The notes beneath the pieces were generated by a model, which saw only the letters and a program-made list of their open reading frames with translations, was not told the DNA's origin and did not search any database. A stretch of DNA of 64,000 nucleotides from NCBI GenBank assembly GCA_904063045.1, contig CAJFCJ010000022.1, positions 248,001 through 312,000 on the forward strand. Reading direction: 5' to 3'. Below, one piece after another: positions 49,901-63,400 of this stretch. A program made the position numbers and the translations under genes. Source of the DNA: Dimorphilus gyrociliatus (taxonomy: Eukaryota; Animalia; Annelida). Position 1 is the first letter of the stretch. Every line of letters begins with the position of its first letter.

Positions 49901-52900
49901 ACAAAACCTTTATTTTTCTATTTTAGGGAAATTCTAATAGGAAAATATTTGTAATCTTTAGAAATTCAACTAAAATCGGCAGATAATGAGAATTTATCAA
50001 ATTAGCTTAATAATGATCTATAAAAACAACGTTTATACGTTTATATACCTGCTAATTGTATATGTATAACCTTTTCTAAAGGTAAACAATATATACAATG
50101 TATGTGTATATTTTTAATCAATATATTAAATGAAGTAAATAGTAGTTTATACAGAGTAACAAATAAGGGAATACTTATCTTAGTTTATATCAGTATAAGA
50201 GAGAAAAAATGCCAATTTACTCTTTAAAATCAACAAAAGATGGTGTTTCAAATAGAAATGTTGACAATTTGGGAATTTCTATTGTAAATGTCAACTTTTA
50301 TTCGGTAAATCTAAATCGTATACCCTTCTTTTCAGCGAGGAACATTCATATTCCCATATATACAATTAATCTATCTACAACGAAGCGTATTGAATAAACC
50401 AGGGAGAGTAGAAAGATAATTAAATCCTATTTTTGCGATCCATCCTTACAATATATACAGTATATTAAAGAATTTGTATATTCAAGCTATTTCGTATAAT
50501 TAAGCTAAATTCATTAAATATTTAAGCCCATTCTCTATTTTCGGAGATTATTGCTGAATTAGATTTTTCTATATGAAAAATTAAATAAAATTAAAAGTAG
50601 TTATCTTTTTCCTATTAAAATATAGGCTTTCATCATTGTTTTTTCTTTAAAAAAACAAAATAAAAAAATCTAAATAAGAAGAGAGATTTTAATTTTACTT
50701 ATGTATATTGGATGTGCTATGTGTACATTATGCATATGGATGATTTCTTTTAATTATTTTGTATTGGATTGTATCTTTATAAATTGAAATGTTTGTCTTT
50801 ACATTTGCTAAAGCAGAATGATTTGGAAAGTAGTTTATTTTCTGAGATAAACACGAGTTTGTACTCTAAACAGGAATCTCTCTAGGTGAATACAATCCTA
50901 TTAAAAGTAATGTAATAAAAGGTGACGTCATTTCTATCATTTTCTAAATTCTTGGTATTTATTGTCCTAACGCTAATGTTCTTTGAATTGAATCAACCAA
51001 TTCTGCTATACTTTACAAGAGTAAAGAATACAAGATAAAAGACAGGCGGTAGCTAGAGGAAAAGAGAAATATTGAAAGAAAGACAAGCGAACGGATACAA
51101 GAGAGAGAACAAAACAAAATAATAGAAAAACTGAGAGGATAAAGCAGGAAGAGATAGAGAGAAAGGATATTGATAATTTTTGTCTTTGGTAATAGTAAAC
51201 TGATTGCTTTTTCGGTTAGGCGTTTTTTTATTTGAATTTTATCATTACTTTTATTGACCTTAAAATATGCTAATTGGTATCTTTTGTCCAATAAGAATAA
51301 GAGATAACGCCTTATAGAAGACACAAAAGAAAATATTTAGTGTAAAAATCTTACCTGTCAAAAGCAATAGCTACCATGATAAAAGTCGAACAAGGAATAT
51401 TCGACGTGATCAGGAACTGATAAATCTGGCAGAGGGGATCATTACCAATCTCATAATGAAGGTACTCCATTATAATCGTATAAGGCACGACAACTAAGCA
51501 CGTAATCAAATCAATGATAGCAAGGGCGAGAATGAAGATAGTTGATACTAGTTTTTCCTTCTTATTAGCGAAGACATAGAGTACCAGAGTATTTCCGGCT
51601 GTTCCTAAAATGCTGATGAAGCTGAGTATAGATGCAATAGCTATGAAGGTCGCTGTATCCGATTTCGTTTGATTTGTTTGGTTCAATGTGATTCCAATAT
51701 CTTCCTAGAAAGGTGAAGTAAAAGTAAAGAGAATCAGTTTGCGTACTCTTATAGGGTCGATAGTTTGTCATTTAATTTGACGCGCCTGTCGAAGGACACT
51801 CGAGGTGGGAATTGCAAATTTTTCACTTGGTTTTGATTTGCCTGGAAAGAGCTCTTTGGTTCAGTTACACCAGCGTAGAAACGCTTTTTTTTTTATATTT
51901 TAAACCTTTTCTGTAATTTTCGCTTTTTATTGATTTATTAACGTTTTGAAATGTTGTCATTAGATTTTCATTATAAGACTCTTTAGACTTTTTATGTTAT
52001 TTTTATGGAATGTAATCGTTTCTAAGAGGTTCATAAAAGCGAAAGGCTGCAATCTGGACTATATCATAATAATTGATTAAAAATGTTTGACTGCCGTTGA
52101 TAATGACTAAGTAATAATTTAACATGGACGTGTATTATTTAGCTCAATAGCCGTATACTGTGGGAAAACTAAATTGAAGCATGACAAACATCACTTACTC
52201 ATGGGACTTTTACTGTGATATCTATGTCGCTTAAATCACTGAAAAACTATTAATGTATAATAAGATTAATTAGTAAAAGATATTATAAAATATAATATTG
52301 AATAAAGACCAATTTCTGCTAATTAAATGGCCGTTTATTGTCTTAAACTAACTCGATATAAAAGACTTTAGTCGATTTGAGACTAACTACTAATTTAACA
52401 TTTGTAAACAATTTATATTTAAAATATTTTCTTTTCCTCTCTTTTTACTTAGATAAAACTTTTTTTCCCTTTTTTCCCCCTTTCTCTACACCTTCTCTAT
52501 TTAACGCCTCTTTTCTTTATATGCAGTCTCTCTTCTTAATTTATACATTGTAGACTTTTCGTAGGAAATTAACCTCAAAATTGGAATGCCTTTTTAGGGA
52601 GATAAATAAATTGAGCATATCCTGTGTACATTTATGCAAATACCTATACAATTCATATATACTGTATATATAAACGTCTAATTATATTATATAAATATAT
52701 TGTATAAATATGAAGTATATACTATATACAGTATATGTAGTCTTACACAGTGTATTATCGTATAAATACTACAAAAGTATTTTTTTGTTTTTCATGAAAA
52801 GACGGAAAACAGAGTAGTACGTTTGATTTTATTCATTTCAAAGATGGTTACATTAGAAAGATCAAGGCTTTAGTTTTAAAACTCTTACAGATTTATGCTT

Positions 52901-55900
52901 GTTGTCTATAAATAATTAGCTACTAGAGTAGATCCATCGAAAGAAAATTTATACAAAGGTATGTCCTCAAAAAAGTTTTTCTTTAATAAAAGCAATTAGA
53001 GTTAGATAAAAAAAATATGGCAGAGAACATAATTGAAATAATATACTGAAAATCATCTCTAACCAGTTTCTATTGATAAATTATGAATATAGACTACACA
53101 CTCAATATACTTTTAATAAGCTTCTGTCAATTTTTGAAAATATTCAATTTCTTCTCATCTTGGTATTTTTCTCTAGTTTTGCTCTTTGACAATCAGTTAG
53201 ATAGTTGAATACTTTAATGTATCACTTATCAATAATCTTCAACTCTTTTACCTTCTTTTAAAGTCTTTTATTTCTAATTGAAAATTTCAAAAAAAGAGAC
53301 AATACAAAGTTATCTTTCAATGTGGATGATAGATGTAAAAGGAATAGTACACCGGAAGTGGTTTTATAAAGAATACGTAATTTACGTACTTTTTAACCGT
53401 TTCGTATTGTTTCGTGATTAAAAATAAAATAGATTAAGTGTAGATCTAGATGAAAGTCTACTACCGAATTAACTCTTGACAAGCAAATTTCATTGGGAAG
53501 AATATTGAAAAATTCGAATTGATTTGTTTTTAGGCCATTTGAAAAAATGAAATAGGATTGAGACGAATATAGAGGGAAATTGTTTTCCTCGCCATGCCGA
53601 AGCTTTTAAGCAATTATCTAGATTAAAGCAGAATAACTTGCGTCATCAATCGCCTTCATCTTTAAGATTTGTAATACATTACACTAAAGAAGATTTGTCG
53701 AACTACTAAAATTCATTAGCGTAATAATTGAATAAGAGATACGGTTAAATTGAAAAATTAAGCAACTGACAGATCTCTACTCCAAATGTACCTTCCTGTT
53801 CAGAGTTATCGGTCGACTTTGCTGTCGTATTTAAAAGTCAAGGATTGTTTACTTTTTACATTTTCATTTTAATTGTTAACTCTGTGGTCAATAGAAAACA
53901 AAAGGAGAGGAGAGAAATATTCTAACAGTGATCGATGAATACATTTCATTCTGTGAACTCTATGCGAATAAATCGCTATATTATCAATTAACAGATATAC
54001 TCTATATAAATAAAAACTGAATGTAAAAACTAAGATTTTTTTAACGCTATTGTGAATAGCGTTATTTGAATAACCCCTAAACCAAAAAGCCTGAGGTCTT
54101 TATCTGACTTCTCTTTATATTTTTAGCCCTATATTCACATACGAATCATTAAGCTTAGCTTGTTCCAAATCCAGATTCCGTTAAAAAATTCCAATTAAGA
54201 TATGGGCACTTGTATTTGCAAAAACATTATAGTATTGTACTTGTATAAGATAAATTTATATAATATTTACACGATATATAGAACGTTGTATTGATTTTAT
54301 TCATTATATTTCCAATAACTTGATATTTTTCCATTTAAAATAGAAAGTTTTTTATTAGCTTTGTTTTTAAGAGAAAAATAGGAAAGGATGAAAATTTTTA
54401 TCTAATACAAAGTGGTAATAAACTCTAAAATAATCGTTTTATATCATACTCTATTACGAATCAATTTAATCTATGCACTTTTTAATTTATCAGATGTTTC
54501 ATCAATTAAATTTAGTATCATTATAAATAGTTTGAAATATCGACCAAAGCTTATTGTTATATCTATATCTGTGACTATCATCTATATGCTTTTTTATATA
54601 CTCTATATAGTACAATCGTGGTCATAGTGGAATTAATGAGCGATATTAAATCTATATACTATAGTTCATTGATGAACTGAAATATAATAAATTACTTTAA
54701 TATCCTTCTCTTCTTCTCTGGGAACTCTATGTAGAAGAAATCATCCTCACAGAAAAGGTATCGTAAGGCTTAGATAAAAAAAGTAGTTGCGTGAAAGAAT
54801 ATGAGAAAGTGAAGGGTGTGTAAAACGTGTTGGTAAATCTCTATAAAGAAAAAAGAGCATAATCGAGACGATCCATTAAAAATATCTCTCTTCATCGAGA
54901 AGAGAAGTTGCAGTAAATTTTAGATAAACCCTAAACTTTATATTAGAATATTTACTGTATATATATATATATATATCTCTTTCTCTTGGAAGAATTGAGT
55001 AATTCTATATGTTTAATATAAAAAACTGTATTTTTTTAAACATTTAAATAAACTATATACATTTTACATTTGTCTATTTGTATACATCTTAATGTATTAA
55101 GTTCAGGCTATATATTTTTATATCTCATTGCCTAAAGAATGGCAAAATAGACAATAAATAAACAAACATAATGTAATTTTTTTGCTTTTTTTATTCTCCC
55201 TATAAAAGGAAAATAGAGAAAATAATGAAACAAAGTGAAAAAAACAACACAACTGGACGGCATTATTTTCTCTTTTTATCTTACCAAAATCGTCTCCTAT
55301 AGACTTATTTCAAATAAATAATTTATATAAAATCTTTATTAATCTAAATGCTAAACAATTGTTTTCATAGCTCTTATACTCTTATTCTACTTTTTATCAC
55401 CTACGCTTTAGTCTGTTTTATCCAAATTCTCTTCTTCAAATAAGTATGAAGAGTGAAATGAAAAAAAAAAGAAAACGAAAAAAACAACTAAATAATCTAG
55501 AGAGATTACTTAATGTTAACGTCTATCATTATCTAGGTGATTTAAAGCTTTCACTTTTAGATATTATCAACAATTGTAGATATCATAAGCTAAAAGATTT
55601 TGTTGTTAGTCGTCGCTCAGAAGATACACAGAGAATGACAGGTAAAAGAGAAAGTAAATTTTACTCCTTCTGTCACCTTTTCCATGGAAATCCATCAAGA
55701 AACGTAACAAAAAAAATAGATAATCATATTTATATTTCAAAACGCCTTTTCCTTTGTATATGCTAACTATTTACAAGATTTTTATCGTCTTTTAGTTTCT
55801 AGCTATTTAAATAATATATTTACATAAGTGAATAATTGATAGGTAGAGAAAGGAAGAAATTAAAAAGGAAACATTAAAGTTATATACTGTATATATGCAT

Positions 55901-56487
55901 AGACTCCACACATTTCGATAAAAAGAATATAAACGTTTATATATGTTTATATATGTATATATGTGAAAATTTATATGTCTAGTTCATATTAGTTCATATA
56001 TGCTTTATTAAATTTACATATACAGTATATATATATATATAGTATATATAAATATAGATATGACTTATCTTAAGCTATACAAGGATATTCATTTACTTAT
56101 TTTAAGTCTCTAGCATTGTTTTTCTACGGTTAAAAGGCAAAACTTGTCATGTTTAATAAATATGAAAGTATAAAAGAAAAATATCTATTTGTTTGAAAAC
56201 AATACATTATCATTGGCGAATCGAATATTAGTACGATTCTGCTTTACTCATTAGTGAGAGCTTTCCATGCTAGAAATAAAGTTTCTGTTACACCATTTAA
56301 ACCAAGTTTAAGCAAAAACTCTTGACAAGAAATGAATGGGAAATATTAAGAAACTTACATCGACCAAGACGCAGCCTATGTGAACCTCGCAAGCAATTAT
56401 TTTTTTCCTAAAAGCAGCCGACATGCTTGATCGTCCCTTTTAGCGAACGTTCGAGTCGAGAGCTAGCCGCATTCTCACCTTGCTCAT
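46998..56487 (-). CDS. Orphan class A peptide-type GPCR (CCK/orexin-receptor-like lophotrochozoan orphan type), ~360 aa
   Basis: complement(join(46998..47721,51355..51704,56479..56487)), 1083 nt. GTAGN, LAIIDLITC, LCQIY, FDR|YF split by a phase-2 intron, GRCQ, FIVTYFP, NNAANPVIY, NFRDDL; sequons NQT x2. The first micro-exon (ATG AGC AAG|GTGAGA) is inferred; see the finding on alternative starts. Confidence 0.88.
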
Positions 56488-56760
56488 GATGAGAATGACG
56501 CCTCGTTCCCGACTCGTTCGACGCCATCTGTCGGTTTTTGACGAACTTTACGGGCGATTGTAAGTATAACGGACAATCGAACGTGTTCGTCACAGTAAAT
56601 AGCTCATTTTCGCCTTACCTGATTTCCAACACTCGCCATTATTCCGTCAAGCGTCCAGTTTTCATTCTATAATGGGCCAGTATCGATCAAACCCTTTTTT
56701 TGGGAGCGATTAATAGTCGTTGATTGGAGACAGTGCTTATATCAAAGAGATCTGTATGAT
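56479..56760 (-). other. 5' leader exons of the orphan GPCR containing upstream ORFs
   Basis: Donor ATCAG|GTAAGG at 56619/56618, acceptor CGACAG|ATG at 56528/56527 (91-nt intron); ATGs at 56665, 56639, 56527 and 56487. Confidence 0.6.
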
Positions 56761-59692
56761 GTAATAGAAAAATGAACAAATGTTTGTAAATGGATAAAAC
56801 GCTTATTATTACTTTAAAAGGTGAAATATCCTTTTAAAAAAACCGAAATAACACAAACAACCAAACGCTATTGGCGAGAAAAATGTTGTTAACCAAAAGA
56901 GCGATGGTTTTTCCTATCCATCAGCTGCTTTTTAACCCCAGAGTATCAAACAATTATTCTATCATAGGCCTATTTTAATACGTCGTCTCTCGTTCATATA
57001 AAAAACTAGTCTACACTTTAAGGACTTATATAAGGAATTGTCTCAGCGGTATAATTCGAAAATAAACTGCAAAGCACTAAAGAAATCAAGTAAGAGACGT
57101 TTAAATTTTTGCCTTCTATATAAATATTATACGTTTATTTATATTACATGATTATATATAGTAATGATATTTACAAATAATACTTAATCGACGCTACTCT
57201 CTTCAGAAGATAAATTTAAATATATACAACTGCCGGGTATACAATTAATAAAATCTATTGACACAAATTCGGATCGTTGAAGAATATTATAAATATATTT
57301 ATAATATATATTTATAGCGTATATACTAATATATATATATATATACATATTTAAGTATAAACTATACATTACACTCTTTCTTGTTCAAAGCTTTCTTAAA
57401 GAGTATCTTATCTTATTAGCATGAATAGAGTGACACACAATTTCTCTTCGTTATTTTTACTTTTCGTCTACCTCTTCCTATACGATTGCGATTGTCAAAC
57501 AATTGTAACTATACTCTTTATCGATATGGTAATAAGTTTTATCTATTATTTATCGCCACAGAATAATATTACAAATAGGCCAGAGGGTATAGAAAAATCT
57601 CTATATCCTTTAGATAATTTAGATTTATAGTACAATTAAAAGTGGGGATTATAAAGATAAAGGAGGCGTCTAAAATACTTTATTTAAAAATATATTTTTT
57701 CATAAATTATTAATTTGTGGAGATTAATTCATAAAAACATAAAAATACATATTTTTCCCTCACCCTTTTACTCTTATTATCCTACCTCTCCAACCTTTCT
57801 CTTTCTTCCTTTTTTGTCATTTACAGTCATTCTCTCTTATCTATATTCCTCTTTTCATTCACTTTCCTTCCCCTAGCATTCACACTCCCTCTGTCACTCC
57901 GTTTCTTTCCTCCTATAAGAGGTTAGCTATTCTTTTATCAGCTCATTTTTTCTATAAACATTTTTTCAGAGTTATCCTTAATGAAATAAACTTGTAGAGT
58001 ATCGTATTTTTTAGTAGATTAAGTAAGAAGAAACACGGGAGGAATAAAATTTTTTTATCAAGCGTATTTTATCTACTGATGATTGATTGTAAGGGTGTGG
58101 TTATTTCTTTTTTTTTAAATAGGTATGCATCTTTTGTACTCTTATTGTACATATTAAGAATTTATCGCTTATCTATATATTTACATATTGGCAAATAATG
58201 TATATAATGAATATTTAGAGTTTTGATCAAAGCACGACATGTCGATTTTTCTTTATTTTTTATCTTTATCCAATTTTAGATAATAAAAAGAAACATCCAC
58301 GAAACGTCCTTATTAATCGTACTATTCGATTTTCTAGGTTTCATTTCTTTGTGGACTACTAGTCATTAATCATCCCAGTGAATAATGTTACCCAGACTTT
58401 CTCATATGAAACGAATCGACGTCTCTTTCCGATTATATCATCATTAAGTTAAACACAGGTATTTGTAGAAAATCTCTTTGGAATATTAATGTCAGATAGA
58501 AATGCACGAAATAGAATACTATCAATTCCATTGCTCAGATTTAAAACATAAATAAGTTTCTTTCATTTTAACCGTACAAACCCAATAAAATAATCATAAG
58601 GAAGTAAATTACTGAATTATGCTAATGAAACCCTTTAATGCCTTTAAGATAGAAATTTATTATATAATCATAAGAGATAGATAGATAGAGACAGACAGAC
58701 AGACAGACGGATAGAGACGGAAGGGCAGAGGAAAGGAGAGAGGAAGAATTATAACGAATAAATATCGTCTAAGAAATGAAGGGGAAGAAAATGGAAGAGA
58801 ATAAGACATGGAGAAAATGAGAAAAAGAAAGGATGAGAGCTTAGAGTCAAGATTAAAATTTTATCGGTACTTTTCTGGTTCAAAAACGATTTATTTCGCC
58901 TAGCTGACTAATCTATTTTAACAATCCGTTTTAACAAACGTAGATTTGGGTATAGTTGACGAAAGTAAGTACTATTGATATATAAACATAAGGATTTAAA
59001 GTACAAACATTTTACATTAAGCACTCGTAGGTAAAAGAGTGGGGAGAGAGGGTAAAAGAGCGAAAGTAGAGGTAGTTTATAGAGAGAAAAAACGTATTAT
59101 AATCATTTTAAACGAAAAAAAAGTACTCTTTTATTTACTATTAAAAAAAATCAATCACGTGTGATGCCCTTTTTGTTTACTTTAGATTAATTGCTTTAAT
59201 GACACAGACATATATATATATATATATTTAAATAGATAGATTTATATATATATATATATAAACTATTTTCTGTATATACTCGCTTTAATTTATCTCATTT
59301 ATCTCTATATCTTTGAATAGCTGACAATTGTTTTTCAGTATATTCTTAATTACATTTCATTTTAGACATTAAACTAAAATCCAAAGACACCTAATAATAC
59401 TTGATGAAAGGATTACTATTAAAAATATGCTGCTTTTTATATGATAGAACCGCCGAAAGAGGAGAAAAAGCTTAACCACATCTGGGTCATGTTCTCCGGT
59501 TTATCGAACTTAGTTAATCGAATAGGCCTAACAAAGGCTTTCGCTTTTTTTTTTATATAAATGAAACAATTGATGACTGTTGCATAATTATTCTAGACGT
59601 ACTGCATATATGTATTCTATTATATTTAGTAGAAAGAATACCTAGCTTTTGTATCTTTTACAAACTAGGTATCGGATGTATTGGAGGTGACG

Positions 59693-60405
59693 TTAATCCT
59701 GAAACCGGAAAATATGCAAGGATAGAAGAAATATACGCTGATTAGAAGCTGTTTTTTACCATTTCATAGAATCTTATCACTGTCATCTAGTTTGTTATTA
59801 CATATAATCAGATGGTTGATTAAACAGAAGCGAAAAAACTGTATAATCTTTAATGTGCCAAAAGAAACAACCCATATGTTAGTATTGATAGTATCTCAAT
59901 ACCATAATGAGGCTTAGATCTATTTCACACCTTACCACATTTATCTGCCGTATTCCCTTATGCGTCAATATTTTAGTTCTTTTATGTGGTTCAAAATCTA
60001 TAATTATCATAGCTAATAAATTAAGAAAGGCTGGTTTAAGAATCTAAATAAGAACAGTATATCAAATTCTCTATCTTATTATATATATCTGTACTGTTTA
60101 TCGTCAAATAAGAATAATTACATATTGTATATTAAGTTAGATTCTTGTGTCGTACAGAAACAATTATCTATCCCATCTTACGCTTGATCAATAGTTTGAG
60201 ATAAACATTGCGGTAACCTTAAAAGATGCTATAAGATCCGTCAACATGCTTATTCGCAATCTATCATTTGTATATTAATAGCTAGAATCAACGTACTCTT
60301 TCACGATTATTGACAAATGATCTATTGAACTTGAAATAGATATGATACTGTTCTTAATAAGCCAACTAAAATTGCACGAAAATTTTTCATCGTCAGCGAT
60401 TTCAC
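59693..60405 (-). CDS. Candidate unannotated multi-exon gene (3' part), unknown product
   Basis: Exons 60405..60297, 60260..60218, 60043..59936, 59786..59760 and 59698..59693 join in frame with GT-AG sites, but one intron is only 36 nt. No homology recognised. Confidence 0.3.
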
Positions 60406-63400
60406 CTATGTAAAAAATATTTTTTACTCTTTGTAAAATTCTTATTATTTATTCCTTTAATCTTTTCAAACAATTGATGAAATAATTGATTGAAACAATT
60501 ATGATCGTATTACTTAAAGGATTATTAATAAAAAATATATATTCCAAGTGTAATCAATCAAACCTGCCTAACAAAGGATAGGCTCAAGGAGGGAAGAAAT
60601 GAGATCTCCTAGTCTAGATACTTCCTAAATAATTACTCTTTTTTTCCGCTTTTTATTTTTAAGCAAAAAAAATGACGATTATATTTCTTTGTGAAAAGAA
60701 ATAGAGAATATATTTATGTAACCAATGGCAACTAGTACATTTGAAAATGGTAAATATATAGTAAAAGTCCTAATTAATCGGTTGACTTGGATTTTATGAA
60801 CTGAAAAGTCTCTTTTCAAATTCTATTTGCTAAATAAATTATTAATTGTTGTTGAAAAACTAGGGAAAATGCTGCTGTTTATATAAAAGTATGTGTTTTC
60901 TGAGTATACTGTATAAAATTTCAAAGCAAAGAATAGCATTCTCTATGATCAGAATATTCATGCTTTATTTATGTAATTCGTAATTGTTGAATACAATACT
61001 GCCTGTTAACTCTTCATTTAACCTTATAAGTAAAATAGCACATAATGAAAAATAAAGCATGATAAATAATTGATAATTTTTTAAGGGTCACGGCTACTTT
61101 TTCAATAAGAGGAAGGTTTTTCTCTTTAAGGCGAACATAAGCAAAAGTTTACACCATAAATCCTTTATGCATAGGAGAACCAACGTAAGTTTTTTTTATC
61201 TAAATATATATATATAAAAGAGTTAAGTATGTACTGCAGAGATAGCATTTGGTAATGGACACAATGTAATATATAAGGAGAATATTCTGCAAATAGTATA
61301 GACGGATGAAGAAAGAGTATAACAAGTTATAAATAACAATACAAGATTCTTTAAATTAATATAAACTTAACCAATAAAAGTAAAAAAAATAAGAAACAAT
61401 AGATAAAAGGATAAGGAATTTTGATAGAAAACAAATAGACTTGTATCACCTTTTTCTAACTAGCATTTATCGAATTCGAAGCCGGATGCTTGGCACGATT
61501 AAATAGAAAAAAGAAAACTTAGTAATTAACGGACGATCTCAGTGGTTTTTTTCCTTTCTCTATTGCAAAATTGTAATTAAGAAGGAATCCTTGTTTGCAT
61601 AGAAATGGTTTCACTTTTAATACGTTTTTCTTTCGTCTTCTACCATTATCACTGATCTCAAATTTCTTTCTTTATCCTTCGATTTCCGGTCATGATGCAA
61701 AGTGGTCTAAGTATTTAAGCAGACCTCCTCATCTTCTTTAAAAGATTTTTCATTACATACTTCTCTTTATTGTACATGTTTTATTGAGCAAAAGTAACGT
61801 TATGTAGAATAATAACAGACAATGGCATTTTTCATATATCTTCTTTTTTGTTATATAAGATATCTCTTTATGATTAGTTTATCTCCATTTCTCTTTAATT
61901 AATATACGTATTACACAGATTACATTCAGTATGTATACGATATATATTTGTGTATTTATATATAGCACACATGTGGTTTCAGCTAGAGTATATTATTATT
62001 GTATTTTGAATAAATAATAGCACTTATCCATTTATACTCTAGATAACGACTTTCTAAATACACGAATTCAATTGAATAGCAATATTATAGATGTAATTGC
62101 TTTCTCTAATTTAGAGATACCTTCTTCGTAAACTTTTTTAAATGGATATAAAATTCCATTTGTCTGGACAAACTCATTATTACCCTGGAATAATTCAGAG
62201 ATTGTGATACGCATCATATTTACGCTAGACTCACTTTGGACACAAATTTTTATGCTTAGATGATTTTTCTTTTAATTAGGCCTAAATTTTCTATAAGAGA
62301 ACATAAGTTACTTACAACAAATTATAGGGAGACTAAATTGGATAGCCTTTTCTTGGTCATGCTATTTTCTTAATACTACTTTACAAGGACGAAATTAAGC
62401 GTAGTTTTCTTTCTATCCGTACGTATCTGTATAATGCTCTATCCTTGTGTCTCTCTGTCTCTGTCTCTGTCTCTCTCATACGCCCCCACACCCACATTCA
62501 GATTTACATACATATACATATGCATACCCACTTTTTCAACATTGCCTAAATGTATATTTAGCTATCTTTAAAAATTTTCTTAGTCTCTTCTATTTAGAAT
62601 TAATTAAAAGAAATACGCGGATGGAAAGCTAATAGGTCTTTTTCTTTTTACTGCAAACTAGAATCATTATAAAAATGACAAAACAAAATAAAAAGAGAAG
62701 AAACTTTAGAAAATATTTAGACTAAAAGGTAAAAAATAAATTACTCGTAAATTCGTAAAACGTGGAATGGAATTCAATTTGAATTTTGGTCTCTACAATT
62801 TGTTCTGCGCATTTAAACAAAGCGCTTTCCTTATTATACTTTGTTCACCAATAGCCTATAATTTATTAGTCACCACTCAACAAATTCGCAATCTCGTCTC
62901 ATAGGTCAAAGCTTCCGTGAAACCTAATACTCTAGAGCATCGGCAACTTTCTCCTCTATAAAAGCCTACATGATTTCTTAGAGTATTATTACCAGTAATC
63001 TTACAAATAAACACTATTTCTCAGTTGTATGTTTTACTTATCGGCCCTTTGACAAAAATTACAACTCATTCTTTAGGCTATAAAAGTCAGTGACAACTCG
63101 GATGTCTCTTTACCATCTCTTTTTATTCACTCTCTCTCTCTCTCTCTTCTTTCCTTTCTCTCTTCCCTATCTCTCCCTATCTCTCCCCTTCATTCTATCG
63201 TTTTTTTCTAATATTTTTTAATATATATTCTTGAATAAAATTTAATTGAATGATAATTAAATCACTATTTCTTTGTAAATAAATCAAGTATAGCTTTTGT
63301 GGTAAGTTATGATTTTCACTAAAAGTTCACTTGTACATGATCCAGTATATCTAAACAATTTTTGTTCTTAATTAATAATCTAAACAAATATAAAGATAAA

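Noticed and set aside
51743-51833. Exon-like segment (TTTCCAG|..|GTACGC) just upstream of the GPCR TM1 exon
   Set aside because: All three phases stop or stay out of frame with the receptor; at most a non-coding or poison exon.
53471-56350. Degenerate ~40-bp repeat beginning AACTCTTGACAAG at 53471 and 56318
   Set aside because: Only 13 bp perfect; TTGACA words are abundant across the window.
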